Below are positions 24,848 to 36,200 of a DNA stretch of 64,000 bases, piece after piece. The stretch is from Laetmonice hystrix (taxonomy: Eukaryota). Positions within the stretch are counted from its first letter, which is position 1; every line of letters begins with the position of its first letter. A program made the position numbers and the translations under genes. The DNA is taken from contig OZ249436.1 in the NCBI GenBank assembly GCA_965235115.1, forward strand, positions 42,658,001 through 42,722,000. The letters run 5' to 3'. The notes beneath the pieces were generated by a model. That model ran no database searches. It was not told the origin of the DNA and saw only the letters and a program-made list of their open reading frames with translations.

Positions 24848-27451
24848 ATGTTGAATATGGGTAATTGTCGATTGCAGGTCTTTGCGGTGGGCAAAATGTT
24901 GAGAAGATATAAACCACTGTCAGCAAAGGAAAGGCAACAGGCGAAGCGTGACAAGATCAACAGTGATCCTGTAGCGAGAGAGCAATACCTTCGAAAGGAG
25001 CGTGAGAGAAACCGAAAGCGAGCGGGTAAAGGATGTCGGAAATATGTTCGTGATATGTCACAAAGGGAACACACTTACAAAAGACGTGACTGGAAAAAGG
25101 CTCAGAGTAAACATAGAGAGAGACTGAAAGAGCTAAGTAAAGTTTTAGCTCAGGTTGGTACGCCGCCTGCAACACCTGAACATGAAATGGAAAACCAACA
25201 AAACCAACCTGCCGCCCAGCTGCCAGACGAAGTGCAACCCTGTACAAGTGGAAATAAAGAAAGGGGACAGAAACGAAAACGACGTGATCGAAGTAAAGCA
25301 TACAGAACCATTGGCTCACTTAAAGTCAAACTGAATAGTGTGGAAAAACGTTGCAACCGATATAGGAAAAGAGTGCAAAGAGCACATGATAAACTTCGGA
25401 AACTGGAAGAAAACATCCTTGCCACAAGATCTCCAAGAACTCGAGTTGAACATTTACTGAGGCGAGGAGATAAGACTGCAATACGTCGCTCTCTTGTTTT
25501 CTCTAATACCATCGTGGCTGGTCTGACAAAAAAATACAAAAGCTCTCGGTCCATTAGAGAGAAGCAGCTCATCAGAAAAGCATTTAACAGCTCTTACCTG
25601 AGGAAGTATGGTCTCCAGTCTGTCCTGTCGGAAAAGCTTGGTGCCTCTTTTAAGACCATCCGCAATACAACAAAGCTGTCAAAATCCATGGAGTTTGAGA
25701 GAAAAAAGAGAGAGGCTGTTCACCGCTTGGCCCTCAAGAATAAGGTCATCAAGTTCATGGAACGGGACGATGTCAGCACTATGAAGCCGGGGAAAAAAGA
25801 CTGCATCACAAGGCAAAAGAAGAAAATGCAGAAGAGGGTTCTCAGTGACACTCTCCTGAATCTTCACTCGAAGTACCTGGCAGAGAACCCGAATACTGAA
25901 CTCTCATACCCATCATTCTGTCTACTCCGTCCCTTCTGGGTAGTGAAACCTGCTCTCAATGACCGCGATACTTGCTTGTGTAAACTTCACTCAAATATGA
26001 GCTTCATAGCAAGTCGACTTCACAGCCTGAAGATAATTGATAGCCCAGACCCGGAAAAGCTTCTTTCCACCATCACCTGCTCAACGGAGAGTGTTTCGTG
26101 TATGTACCGAGATTGTGACGCATGCAGTAAACTTGTCATACCATACCACCCATTCGACGAAACTCAAGAGACCTGGTACCATTCCTGGGAAGTCACCAAT
26201 GTAGAGTGGGTGAATTCGAAGACTCAACAATTGGAAAAATCGCGCAAAACCATCAGGGTCAGAAAAGAATGCACTGCAGGTGAGCTGGCAGAAAAATTTC
26301 GCAGAGATATGGAAGAGAAATTCACAAGGCACATCGTCAACATCAGGCATCAGTACGCCCAGATACGCAGTCTCCAGCAGAATCTGAAAGACACTGATGT
26401 GCTTCTTCATGTGGATTTTTCTGAGAATTACAATGTCAAGTACCATCAGGAAGTGCAAGCGTGTCATTTCGGTGCCTCAAACACACAGGTAACCTTACAC
26501 ACTGGCGTGATGTACGTGAAAGGCAGTACAACTTGCTTTGCTTCATTGTCAAACAGCCGTCGCCACGACCCAGCGGCAATCTGGGCACACTTAAAGCCAG
26601 TCTTTTGCTTCATTCACGATTTCAACCCGGAGATTGATACTGTCTACGTGCAATCTGATGGACCAACCACTCAGTACAGGAACAAGGATAATTTCTTTCT
26701 CCTGTCACACCTCCCCTTTGAGTGGAAAATCAAGCGTGTCAACTGGTCATTTACGGAAGCAGGCCATGGAAAGGGCGCGGCTGACGGCGTTGGGGGCGTC
26801 CTCAAAAGAACTGCGGATAGGCTCGTGTGTGAGGGCAAGGACATCACTGGTGCTGAAAGTATGCTGCTAGCCATACAGCCAACCTCATCCGTCCGGCTGT
26901 TCCTGATCACTGATGAGGAAATCAGTGACATTGATGATGTCTTGAGTGACTGTCGATCAAGTATTTTTACCATACCTGGGACCATGAAAATCCATCAGAT
27001 CGTCTGCAGTGAGTCACACAAAATCAAGTGCCGACCCCTGAGCTGCTACTGCAACTGGGAATGTGAGTGTTTCGGACCAGCGAGACACATATTTAGCAGC
27101 GTTAATAGTGAACTGAAAGAAAATCCGCCAACTTTCGTTAGTCCAAAACCCTCCACCTCTGGGGTCACTAAAAACAAGGCCAAGGCATCACAAAACAAGA
27201 AGATCAACATAAAGAAGAACAAGCAGCAGTCTAAAAAGTGCAAGGGGTCAGCTACGGAGGAGAAACTGGAAAAATACCGCAATGATCTAGAGTATTACTG
27301 TGGTACCTGTGGTGGCTGGTATTTTGATGACGACCAGACAGATCCTGAAGAATGGATTGCCTGTCCTGTCTGCAAAAAATCATTCCACGAAACCTGCGCG
27401 GGGGTTTATGGCAGAAAAGGCGAAGACTTTATTTGTGACGACTGTCAGTGA
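24848..27451 (+). CDS. DDD transposase (Sola2-like) with C-terminal PHD finger; likely start ATG 24896 (851 aa)
   Basis: Uninterrupted ORF with VDFSENY (D at 26414), QVTLHTG, SDGPTTQYRNK (D at 26657), GHGKGAADGVGGVLKR (D at 26783), CLCKLH and C-x6-C-x4-C-x2-C clusters, and a C4HC3 PHD at 27299-27445. The family name comes from recalled motifs, not a search. Confidence 0.85.
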   Translation: MLNMGNCRLQVFAVGKMLRRYKPLSAKERQQAKRDKINSDPVAREQYLRKERERNRKRAGKGCRKYVRDMSQREHTYKRRDWKKAQSKHRERLKELSKVLAQVGTPPATPEHEMENQQNQPAAQLPDEVQPCTSGNKERGQKRKRRDRSKAYRTIGSLKVKLNSVEKRCNRYRKRVQRAHDKLRKLEENILATRSPRTRVEHLLRRGDKTAIRRSLVFSNTIVAGLTKKYKSSRSIREKQLIRKAFNSSYLRKYGLQSVLSEKLGASFKTIRNTTKLSKSMEFERKKREAVHRLALKNKVIKFMERDDVSTMKPGKKDCITRQKKKMQKRVLSDTLLNLHSKYLAENPNTELSYPSFCLLRPFWVVKPALNDRDTCLCKLHSNMSFIASRLHSLKIIDSPDPEKLLSTITCSTESVSCMYRDCDACSKLVIPYHPFDETQETWYHSWEVTNVEWVNSKTQQLEKSRKTIRVRKECTAGELAEKFRRDMEEKFTRHIVNIRHQYAQIRSLQQNLKDTDVLLHVDFSENYNVKYHQEVQACHFGASNTQVTLHTGVMYVKGSTTCFASLSNSRRHDPAAIWAHLKPVFCFIHDFNPEIDTVYVQSDGPTTQYRNKDNFFLLSHLPFEWKIKRVNWSFTEAGHGKGAADGVGGVLKRTADRLVCEGKDITGAESMLLAIQPTSSVRLFLITDEEISDIDDVLSDCRSSIFTIPGTMKIHQIVCSESHKIKCRPLSCYCNWECECFGPARHIFSSVNSELKENPPTFVSPKPSTSGVTKNKAKASQNKKINIKKNKQQSKKCKGSATEEKLEKYRNDLEYYCGTCGGWYFDDDQTDPEEWIACPVCKKSFHETCAGVYGRKGEDFICDDCQ

Positions 27452-29270
27452 GCACGCATTGTGTGGTGATTAGAAGACGAACAATTCTGACTCATCAATT
27501 CTTTTCCCAGTTCTGAAATGTTCTTGACTTTGCATTTTTGTATGTTTGTTGATATTGTTGTCATCTGTCACTGTTTTTAGATCACTTTCATATCGATAAG
27601 TTAACTGCTTACGAAAAGCATATTTCTTGTTGAAGACTTGAACAAGTTTGGACAAATGACTATCACAAACTACGAATTTCCATTACCAGGCATGAACAGC
27701 ATATTTCTTGTTGAGGACTTGAACAAGTTTGGATGAATTTGCGAAGATAAATAATGTTGATACTTAAGAATATTGCTTTTTTGTTCAATTTGTCAGTTTA
27801 TGGTCAGTTATACTTCATGCTGGAACAGACATATCCACTTGGGTACTTTGGTTCGATTGGAGAATGTTGGGGACGTCAGGACCGTCACAAGGTGTCAGGA
27901 CCGTCACACAAAGTCAGGACCGTCCCAGCACAAAAACACAGTTGTGGTGATGCCATTTAATTATTGGCAGGGTATTTTTCACTATTACAGAGTTGAAACA
28001 ATTTATTACACTACAAAAATATCAAAGCTATTCTAGTGAAGCTATTCAAATGTATTATAACTGTAATGGAATGAAAATAATTTTTTACTGGCGTGTAGAA
28101 TCATGTTACGGAGTGAAATCTCGACATTGAAAGGGAACTTTTTCAAACTAACTACCTGGTGATTGACAACTTCCTACTGTATACTGGTGATTAATGGCCC
28201 AGATTTTTTTCATGAAACCAAATTATTTTCATTGGATTAGTTTTTTCCTTTGTGACGGTCCTGACATAAAAATGCTACTGGGGTTCAATTTTGGGCCAAT
28301 CTGACGTAAACTCGGTCAAAAAGTGCGCTGCTGGCATTGAAATTAGCTTTCAGGCATGGTTCCCTACTGTATGGACCACGTGTTTATTCTCTGGTAAGGT
28401 TTTTATTTTCCAAGAGTTGAAAGTGCCAAAATGGACATTTACTGAAGAATGACCCCTATACATGGTTTTAATTGGAATTTTAAGAGGTACATGTACATGT
28501 ATGTCTCAGCGCCTGCCTTACCTCAAGTAACATCCACATGATGATAAAAAATGAAGGATGTGTAACTCGGATACTTCCGAGATAGAGGACATGGGGCTTG
28601 AATCAAGGACATATTAAATAGCTAAAGACGTCCTGCGCTTCCTCAAATGCCTGTCGGAGTACTTTGGAGCAACTTCATAAATGTTGTGCTTAACTTATGC
28701 AATGAAAATATATGCCCTTACCGTTAAGTAAGAAATACATTGTTACATAATAGAATAAAAGAGAGAAGCATTAATGTGATAGCCCGCTTTTCTTCAGCTG
28801 GGATATTTAAAGACCATTACTCATACTATGATTGCATGGTCCAGTTCCTTCTGTAATGGTGCTGTCATCATGCAGCTCCCCCCCCCCCCTTGACCCTAAT
28901 TGATATGGCCAGTAACCCATTAGAGCTAGCAGTATATGAACAGGACATGCAGGGACCATGTGGTAGCCTAGGTGGTTTCGCTAATGGCCTAATTATGCAC
29001 TTATTGCCTCACTTTAGCCAGTGATGATCAAAGTGGCATAGATGCAAAAGAGGAAAAGCAGGAGTGGCGTCATGTCCAGAAGACAGTGAGGATATTGTGA
29101 GGGGTCCCTCCCAAGTTCAAATGTGGGGGCCTTTTATAGAAAATTGTCCAAAAGTGGGGGTTTTATTTGGATACTGTTTGTGCAAGCATTCACGATGTGG
29201 GGATCTTTTATAGAGGTAACATTAAATTAACAATTCTAAACTTAAAAAGTAACCATTCAATAGTCATATA

Positions 29271-30043
29271 CAGTAGAACCTCACAAATACGACCACCTCA
29301 GGGACTGGCCGAAAGTGGTCGTAATTCTGAGATGGTCGTAATTCTGAAATTTGACCTGGATTAGGAAGGGTTTTGGGTATGGGGGGGGGGGGCTATCATT
29401 TAACCTGGATTAGGGATGCTCATAGGTATATCAGCATGATATCAGTCAAGGATGCCATAGACAAAGATTCATGGGCCTACATTTACATACATGTATAATA
29501 GTCCTCCTCTATCCTTTTCCAGTGTTTATTTGCATGAAGAGAAAGACGAACTTGAAACACTCTAAAACTTGGGAATAACTGAAAACTATGACAAGACTGA
29601 GTTGGATGAACAGGAACAAGTGTGTGGAATACAAAAATCAGTCTCGGTTTATAGTGACTCAAGTAGGGTCTAGGTGGACTGAAACACCTCGGCCCATTAA
29701 TCCAAGTCGCACCTCCCATTGTGTTCATAAAGTTTCTACAAACACTGCTGTTATTTAGGGTCAAGGTGGGCAGAAAGTCTGTTAATCCAAGTCGCACCTC
29801 CCATTGTCTTACAACTACATAAACACTGCCAGCCACTCCATCTGGTCACTGACTGGTCGTTATTGTGAGGTTGAATCCAATTTGGGACTGAAATAAGTGG
29901 TCGTAAAAGTGAATTCCGAGGTGGTCGTATTTCTGAAACTTAAATGCATTGAAAATATAGGGATAATTTTGGGACTGCTCAAAAGTGGTCGTATTTTTGA
30001 GGTGGTCTTATTTCTGAGGTGGTCGTTAGGTGAGGTTCTACTG
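29271..30043. mobile_element. Tc1/mariner (pogo/Tigger-like) non-autonomous element
   Basis: TA|CAGTAGAACCTCAC..ACGACCACCTCAG at the left end, CTGAGGTGGTCGT..GTGAGGTTCTACTG|TA at the right end; internal GTGGTCGTA repeats. Confidence 0.85.
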
Positions 30044-30679
30044 TACAGCTATATTCATATCTGGTTTACAAACGGTGTTGATAAAAATGCACATTATTTC
30101 CTCCCATAAAGTCTTTATATAAAGATCATTTGTGACAAGTTTTTCAAATCACATCTAAAAAAAGGGGGGGGGGGGGTCTTTGACCCTGACCATGTTGAAA
30201 GTACAGTACTCCCAGGCTTTGGGATACATTGTGACTACCCATGATGTAGGTCATAGGTTGATAACCCAGTTTTCTTATGGTTATGATTCCATGGTATCTT
30301 GACAATTGCCGGTCAGGTGGATGAACCTGGATCACCTAGATTATGGCATTATCACACGATCACTGTATCTGTTTTGGCATCTGGCCAATAGATGCCATGG
30401 GGCCTCCTTTATAACCTAGTCTTTCTCACCAAGGTACTATTAAAAAAATCTAGATGAACTGAAGCCATGATATTTAACACAAATACATGTAAATCATGTC
30501 CAATCTGTGTAAGTGTCATTTTGTTTACTTTCATTCTATAAGAATCTCCCTCCTCCAATGATCCCATCAAAGGGTGATATGAAATATATGTAGGAAATTA
30601 ATTACATCAGTTTCTCATGTGTGCCGTTTTTTTGTTGTGTTTTTCAGTGTGTAACTGGAAAAAGAAGAGTGGAAGCAGA

Positions 30680-33211
30680 ATGGAGAGGACTGGAAAGTCA
30701 TCATGGGATGCTGCAGGCCCCCATGATGTTGGGAGTACAGGCGGTGGGCGAGAGTCTACTGAACAACATCTCCTTAAAACTTACATGGAGATGGTCAGTA
30801 AGTCGTTCATGTCCCACGGTATGACTTCTCCGTCCAGTTCGAGCCCCTCCAGGCAGTCTGCATCGTTTCCCAAGTCCGGTATGTCTGAGGGTTCAACAGA
30901 GCAGCTGAAGAATGCTGCAGCTATGGCTGCTTTCTATAGCAACCCAATGATGAACCCTTTACTGATGGGTGGGCTTTGGCAGTCTACAAATGCAAGCCGA
31001 GATCTGCAACAGTTGAGTGAACTGGCAAAGAATCGAGCATTGAATGCGACAGGTCGAAGTCAAGGGCTTCGTTCATACTCAACTGGTCTGCCGTTGATGG
31101 GCGGCATGCCTCCAGGAATGATGGGTTCCGAGGGGTCTACTGCTGCCCTGGCAGCATGGGCAAACATGATGGGAGTACAAAAAAGTCTTGAAAAAAAGCC
31201 AGAGTCCATGGAAAGAAGGAAACAGTGTGCTGAAAATGATAAGTGTCAGATTTCTTCAAATACAGTGGTTACCAAAAAAGAACGGGTTGCAGCAATGAAC
31301 ATCCCAAAGATTATGGGCACTGGAGTGCAGGCGAATAGACAGGATGTCGGCAAGACAGGGACTGAAGGGATACTCCCCAAAACAGTACCACAGTCAAGTA
31401 ATGATGAATTGAGGAAAGGTAGTGGGGAGAATTGCTGTGCAGGCAATGGCATCTTACCTAGATGTGGGGATCCTAGAGTAACTCCAGTTAAGAATGGTGC
31501 GCAATTCCAATCAAGGTCTGGAAAAAAGGGCAAGTTAAACATGGTGGTTGAAAGGCTTTTCAAGAGGAGTGGGGAAATACCAGCGGCCTTACAGTTGTCA
31601 ATATCGGGAGGAGATAGCATGGCTGTGGATCTTTCAAAGCCAAAGCAAAATGTGCCGAAATCTGAAACAAAATGTCAGTCTAATGAAAACACTGATAATA
31701 GTACACAGGAATACTTCCCAATGGATCTTTCAAAGACAAGTTCAAAGGAAACACCAAATGAGGTGTCACAGGTGGATGCAGATAACTTGCAAGCTAAAGT
31801 AGACAAACCAGAACCTGCAGAAGTAAATTGTACCCCAAGTATAGAGGATGAACATGAAGATTTGAGTGTGAAATGTGATGAGCCAAAAAGGGAAGAAGAC
31901 GGGGCCTCTACTGAAGAGACTCACAAATCACCTCCAGAAGCAGATGCAAGAGAAAAAACTTGCACAGAATATGTTGAAAAGGACAAAAACAATGCAATCC
32001 TGAAATGTGATGCCACTGTAAGATTAAAGGAAAATGATGAAAGAAATGTAGAAAACAAGGAGAAAGAACCATTTTGCAATGAAAAGGAGCCAATATTGAA
32101 AAGTAACCTTGAAAATAAAAGACATGAAGAGAATACGTTAACAAGTGAACAAATGAAAATAATCGAGTCTGAAAGGCAAGAGCAGGAATTATCAAGCCAG
32201 AGAGAAATACAGAGAGCAAAGGAAATGGAACTGCAACGCTGTCTTCAGGAGAGCACAGATGAGGAGTGTCTCATTGAGAAGGAGAGTGACACGACTCCGG
32301 AGCTGAGTACAAATACCACTGCAGATGTGGCTGGTATACCTGAAAAGACTGAGTCAGGTGTAAGTGCGACCCATCCTGTTGATGCAACTTCACACTCACC
32401 AGAAAATATATCTCGTGAGGATAACTTTGAAAATGAAAGTAAGCTCAAGAGAAAATCAAGGAAGATGAAAGCACCTAATTCGGGAAGGCAAGGCCAGCCT
32501 GTAAGAAGAATGGTACCACGGAAGGTTGCAGTAGAAGCAAAGTCACTCGTATATTACCAACAGTGTATGCAAGATAGCACAGATGAAGAAGATGTATATC
32601 AAGAACCAGTTGCAATCCCATTTAAAAAGAAGGCAAAGCCAACCAGAAAGGTTCTCAACAAATCTGACCAGCCGAAAAGAAGAGGAAGGTCCAGAAAAGT
32701 CCCCTCAGACCAGGTGTTAGAGGAAAAATGTATCCAGGACAAAAAAGTCTCCTTGGAAGAACCAGAAAAAGACGAAACGAAGGACCATGTCGTTACCACT
32801 GCAGAGGAAACCCTTCAGGAAGAAGGGAACTCTACTCGATCCCCAAATAAAAAGCCCTCAGCGAAGTCCAGGAAAAGAGGTAGACAGAGGAAGCGTTTGC
32901 AGAAAGGCAAACAAGGTAAAAAGCAAAATGCATGTAAAAATGTTGAAGTACCGGAAGGCAGAGGACTGCTAAATTCAGGGAATAAAGCCAAGGATGTAGA
33001 AAGACCTGTAAAGGATTCTGTCATGTTGACAGTAGACTTGTATGAACAGGAGCCTAAAGAGCAGAGCATTTCAGTGGAGAAATCAAGGAGAAATAGAAGA
33101 TCCAAAAAGGTTGTCTCCAGGCTGACATACCAATCCCAACGTAAGGGAGATGGAACTGTGGAAGATGACGGTGTGCTAGAAGACAAGGAGAAAAATCAAA
33201 TTTCTGGAAAG
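30680..33211 (+). CDS. TET: Large low-complexity charged exon, probably the first TET coding exon
   Basis: 2.5-kb open frame; acceptor ttttcag at 30647; donor AAG|gtatgt in phase 0 matches the phase-0 acceptor at 43873. No stop codon of its own. The link to TET is inferred from phase only. Confidence 0.7.
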
Positions 33212-36200
33212 GTATGTAAAATATACTGTGTTTTGTCTGTTCGTGCTTGTTTGGCTCTGAACTTTTAACATGTTATTATATAATTACCACCAGTCATGAT
33301 CCCTCTTTGCTCTTAGTTTTTACCAGACGGAGTAAGGTCGAATAGCTTCAATGCTGATTATGTTGAGCCAGATTTGTGTGACCAAGCTGAGGCATTTTCC
33401 ATGACCTTGTGTGGCCTTGAAAGGTCATTCAAGGTCATATGTATTTTCAAGGGCATGTATCTCCAAAACATTTGAAGATAACCACATAATCGTGTGTGAA
33501 ACATGACACAATGATCAGGGACAGCCCATGGATGATGCAGACCAAACAGATTTCTGATATCCTTCAAAATGGCTGCTTGGTGAACATAGCTTATGTTCAA
33601 GGTGGAATAGGTCTTGTTCGAGGCTGTAAGCTTCACAACCTTGTTTTGCCATCTCAAAACATGATGTTGCAAAATCAGTCTACACTATGTGCAATTGATT
33701 ACCACCCCCCTACTCAAACTGAATAGATAATTAAATGAGAAGAAATTTTCCTTCTTTCAAATGTTTGCCAGATGCATATCTGCCTTTATAGTTTACCTTA
33801 TTTTAATCACCTGTAGGTCAGATTTGTTTGTGTGGACGGTTTCTATTGTCAGACACCAGTAGATTAGTGGTTAACCACAAATTGTACAGTTATCATGTCA
33901 TAAAATCACCCACATTTATGTGGGTCTATCAATGGGCTATTGTTTAGGACAGATGTCTCCAGGCTGGGGGCACAGATTCAGACCTAGAAACACAGAACAA
34001 GCCTTTATTGCAGTCCTTGTGATGCAAATTTTACTCAAATGAATGTTTTATCAAGAAGCAGTAACTGCCCTGCATTTCATGTAGTAGCGCTTGTGTTAAA
34101 CCGCAAATCCGCTAAAAAACCATCCCAGACAGGCTAGGTCGCCGTCTGAGGCGGCCCAAACAAATATGACCTAAATGTTATAAATAGAGGTCTGTGTCCA
34201 GGGCTGATATCCACAAGTGGTCCAGATGCTGTCTTATGGTGTGGTTGGGTGGCGAGTTTGAGAAGTTGAGATATGGTAGCCATCGTCATCATTGTTAGCA
34301 GCAGACCTGCCAACCTACAGAGAGAAGAAACCTGGAGATTTTTAAAAGTTGATGTCCAAAAACCTGGAAATTGGAGGAAAACCAGGAGATTTCTGGAGGA
34401 AAACTTGGAGATTTTTGGGGGAAAACCTGGAGATTTGGGGAGAAACCATGGAGATTACATTATGAAGCTGATATACCTATGAGTGTGGAAGAAACTCATA
34501 CATTCTACACATGAAGTACACAACTTACATACCATCAATTTAATAAATTTAAAATAAAAACACACTCAAAATTAGTTGCTATTTATATTTTAAACTTGAA
34601 ATTGTCCAAATATATTTATTTATCTTTTTTCTTGTGTTTTGTGTACATTTGTGTACATACATGAGTTTTCTATTTACCGTGAGGAAATTGTACGTGACAT
34701 ACGGGGGGGGGGGATCAGGTTAAAAACCGGAAGGGGGACTTAGCGTCATCAAAGATAATGTCTGAGTGTTTGACATCAGATGACATGTTCGTTTAAAGCT
34801 TCATTAGCTTTGTCAGAACCAAGTATGAAGGCCCTTGATAAGGGATGGGGTATACGTTTTAACTACTCAGAGTAGCCAGGGTCATAGGAAGGAGACTCGG
34901 ATGTCAAAGAAATATCTTTATCTTGTGTTTAAGCGTTAAATATAAATTGGAGTTGCCCAAGGCAAGATTTGGAATGGATCCCTCAGGAAAAGCGGACCGT
35001 GACTAGCTCTGTGCTAAAATTAAATTATGATGTAGTTTAAAGTTCACTTACCAGGAAGTATAAGAGAGTCAGATGTGTCAGCTGTGATCCGGCAATGTAC
35101 AGGACAGTGGTACAGAGGTAATTTGCGGGAGACGGGCCGTCTTTTATTGGTTGATGGACACACAACGGGAATTGGATAGAAAGCTGTGAAGGCCATATAC
35201 TAGATATTGGAGGAAAACCAGGAGATTTCTGGAGGAAAACTTGGAGATTTTTGGGGGAAAACCTGGAGATTTGGGGAGAAACCATGGAGATTACATTATG
35301 AAGCTGATATACCTATGAGTGTGGAAGAAACTCATACATTCTACACATGAAGTACACAACTTACATACCATCAATTTAATAAATTTAAAATAAAAACACA
35401 CTCAAAATTAGTTGCTATTTATATTTTAAACTTGAAATTGTCCAAATATATTTATTTATCTTTTTTCTTGTGTTTTGTGTACATTTGTGTACATACATGA
35501 GTTTTCTATTTACCGTGAGGAAATTGTACGTGACATACGGGGGGGGGGATCAGGTTAAAAACCGGAAGGGGGACTTAGCGTCATCAAAGATAATGTCTGA
35601 GTGTTTGACATCAGATGACATGTTCGTTTAAAGCTTCATTAGCTTTGTCAGAACCAAGTATGAAGGCCCTTGATAAGGGATGGGGTATACGTTTTAACTA
35701 CTCAGAGTAGCCAGGGTCATAGGAAGGAGACTCGGATGTCAAAGAAATATCTTTATCTTGTGTTTAAGCGTTAAATATAAATTGGAGTTGCCCAAGGCAA
35801 GATTTGGAATGGATCCCTCAGGAAAAGCGGACCGTGACTAGCTCTGTGCTAAAATTAAATTATGATGTAGTTTAAAGTTCACTTACCAGGAAGTATAAGA
35901 GAGTCAGATGTGTCAGCTGTGATCCGGCAATGTACAGGACAGTGGTACAGAGGTAATTTGCGGGAGACGGGCCGTCTTTTATTGGTTGATGGACACACAA
36001 CGGGAATTGGATAGAAAGCTGTGAAGGCCATATACTAGATCGGGCAAACTGTAGTGGTATCAATCTTTCTTTTTCAGACCCGATGCTTTTCTGTTTTAGG
36101 AAATATGAAAGAGTAATCGGTAATAGTTCCAAACTGTCTAGCTCTGACACCTGCTTATTGAAATGATGGCAGATGCATGCAGTCACAAATCAGTCCTAAT

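Larger units (their letters stand above)
22278..28455 (+). mobile_element. Autonomous-looking DNA transposon, Sola2-like
   Basis: Perfect 23-bp TIR: GGGTCATTCTTCAGTAAATGTCC (22278-22300) and GGACATTTACTGAAGAATGACCC (28433-28455). 4-bp flanks ATAT/CTAT (or TATA/TATA if the ends are moved out by one base). Subterminal TCAGGACCGTCAC repeats and an internal transposase ORF. Confidence 0.88.

Noticed and set aside
24957..27282. Several antisense ORFs over the transposase
   Set aside because: Shadow frames of the real plus-strand ORF.
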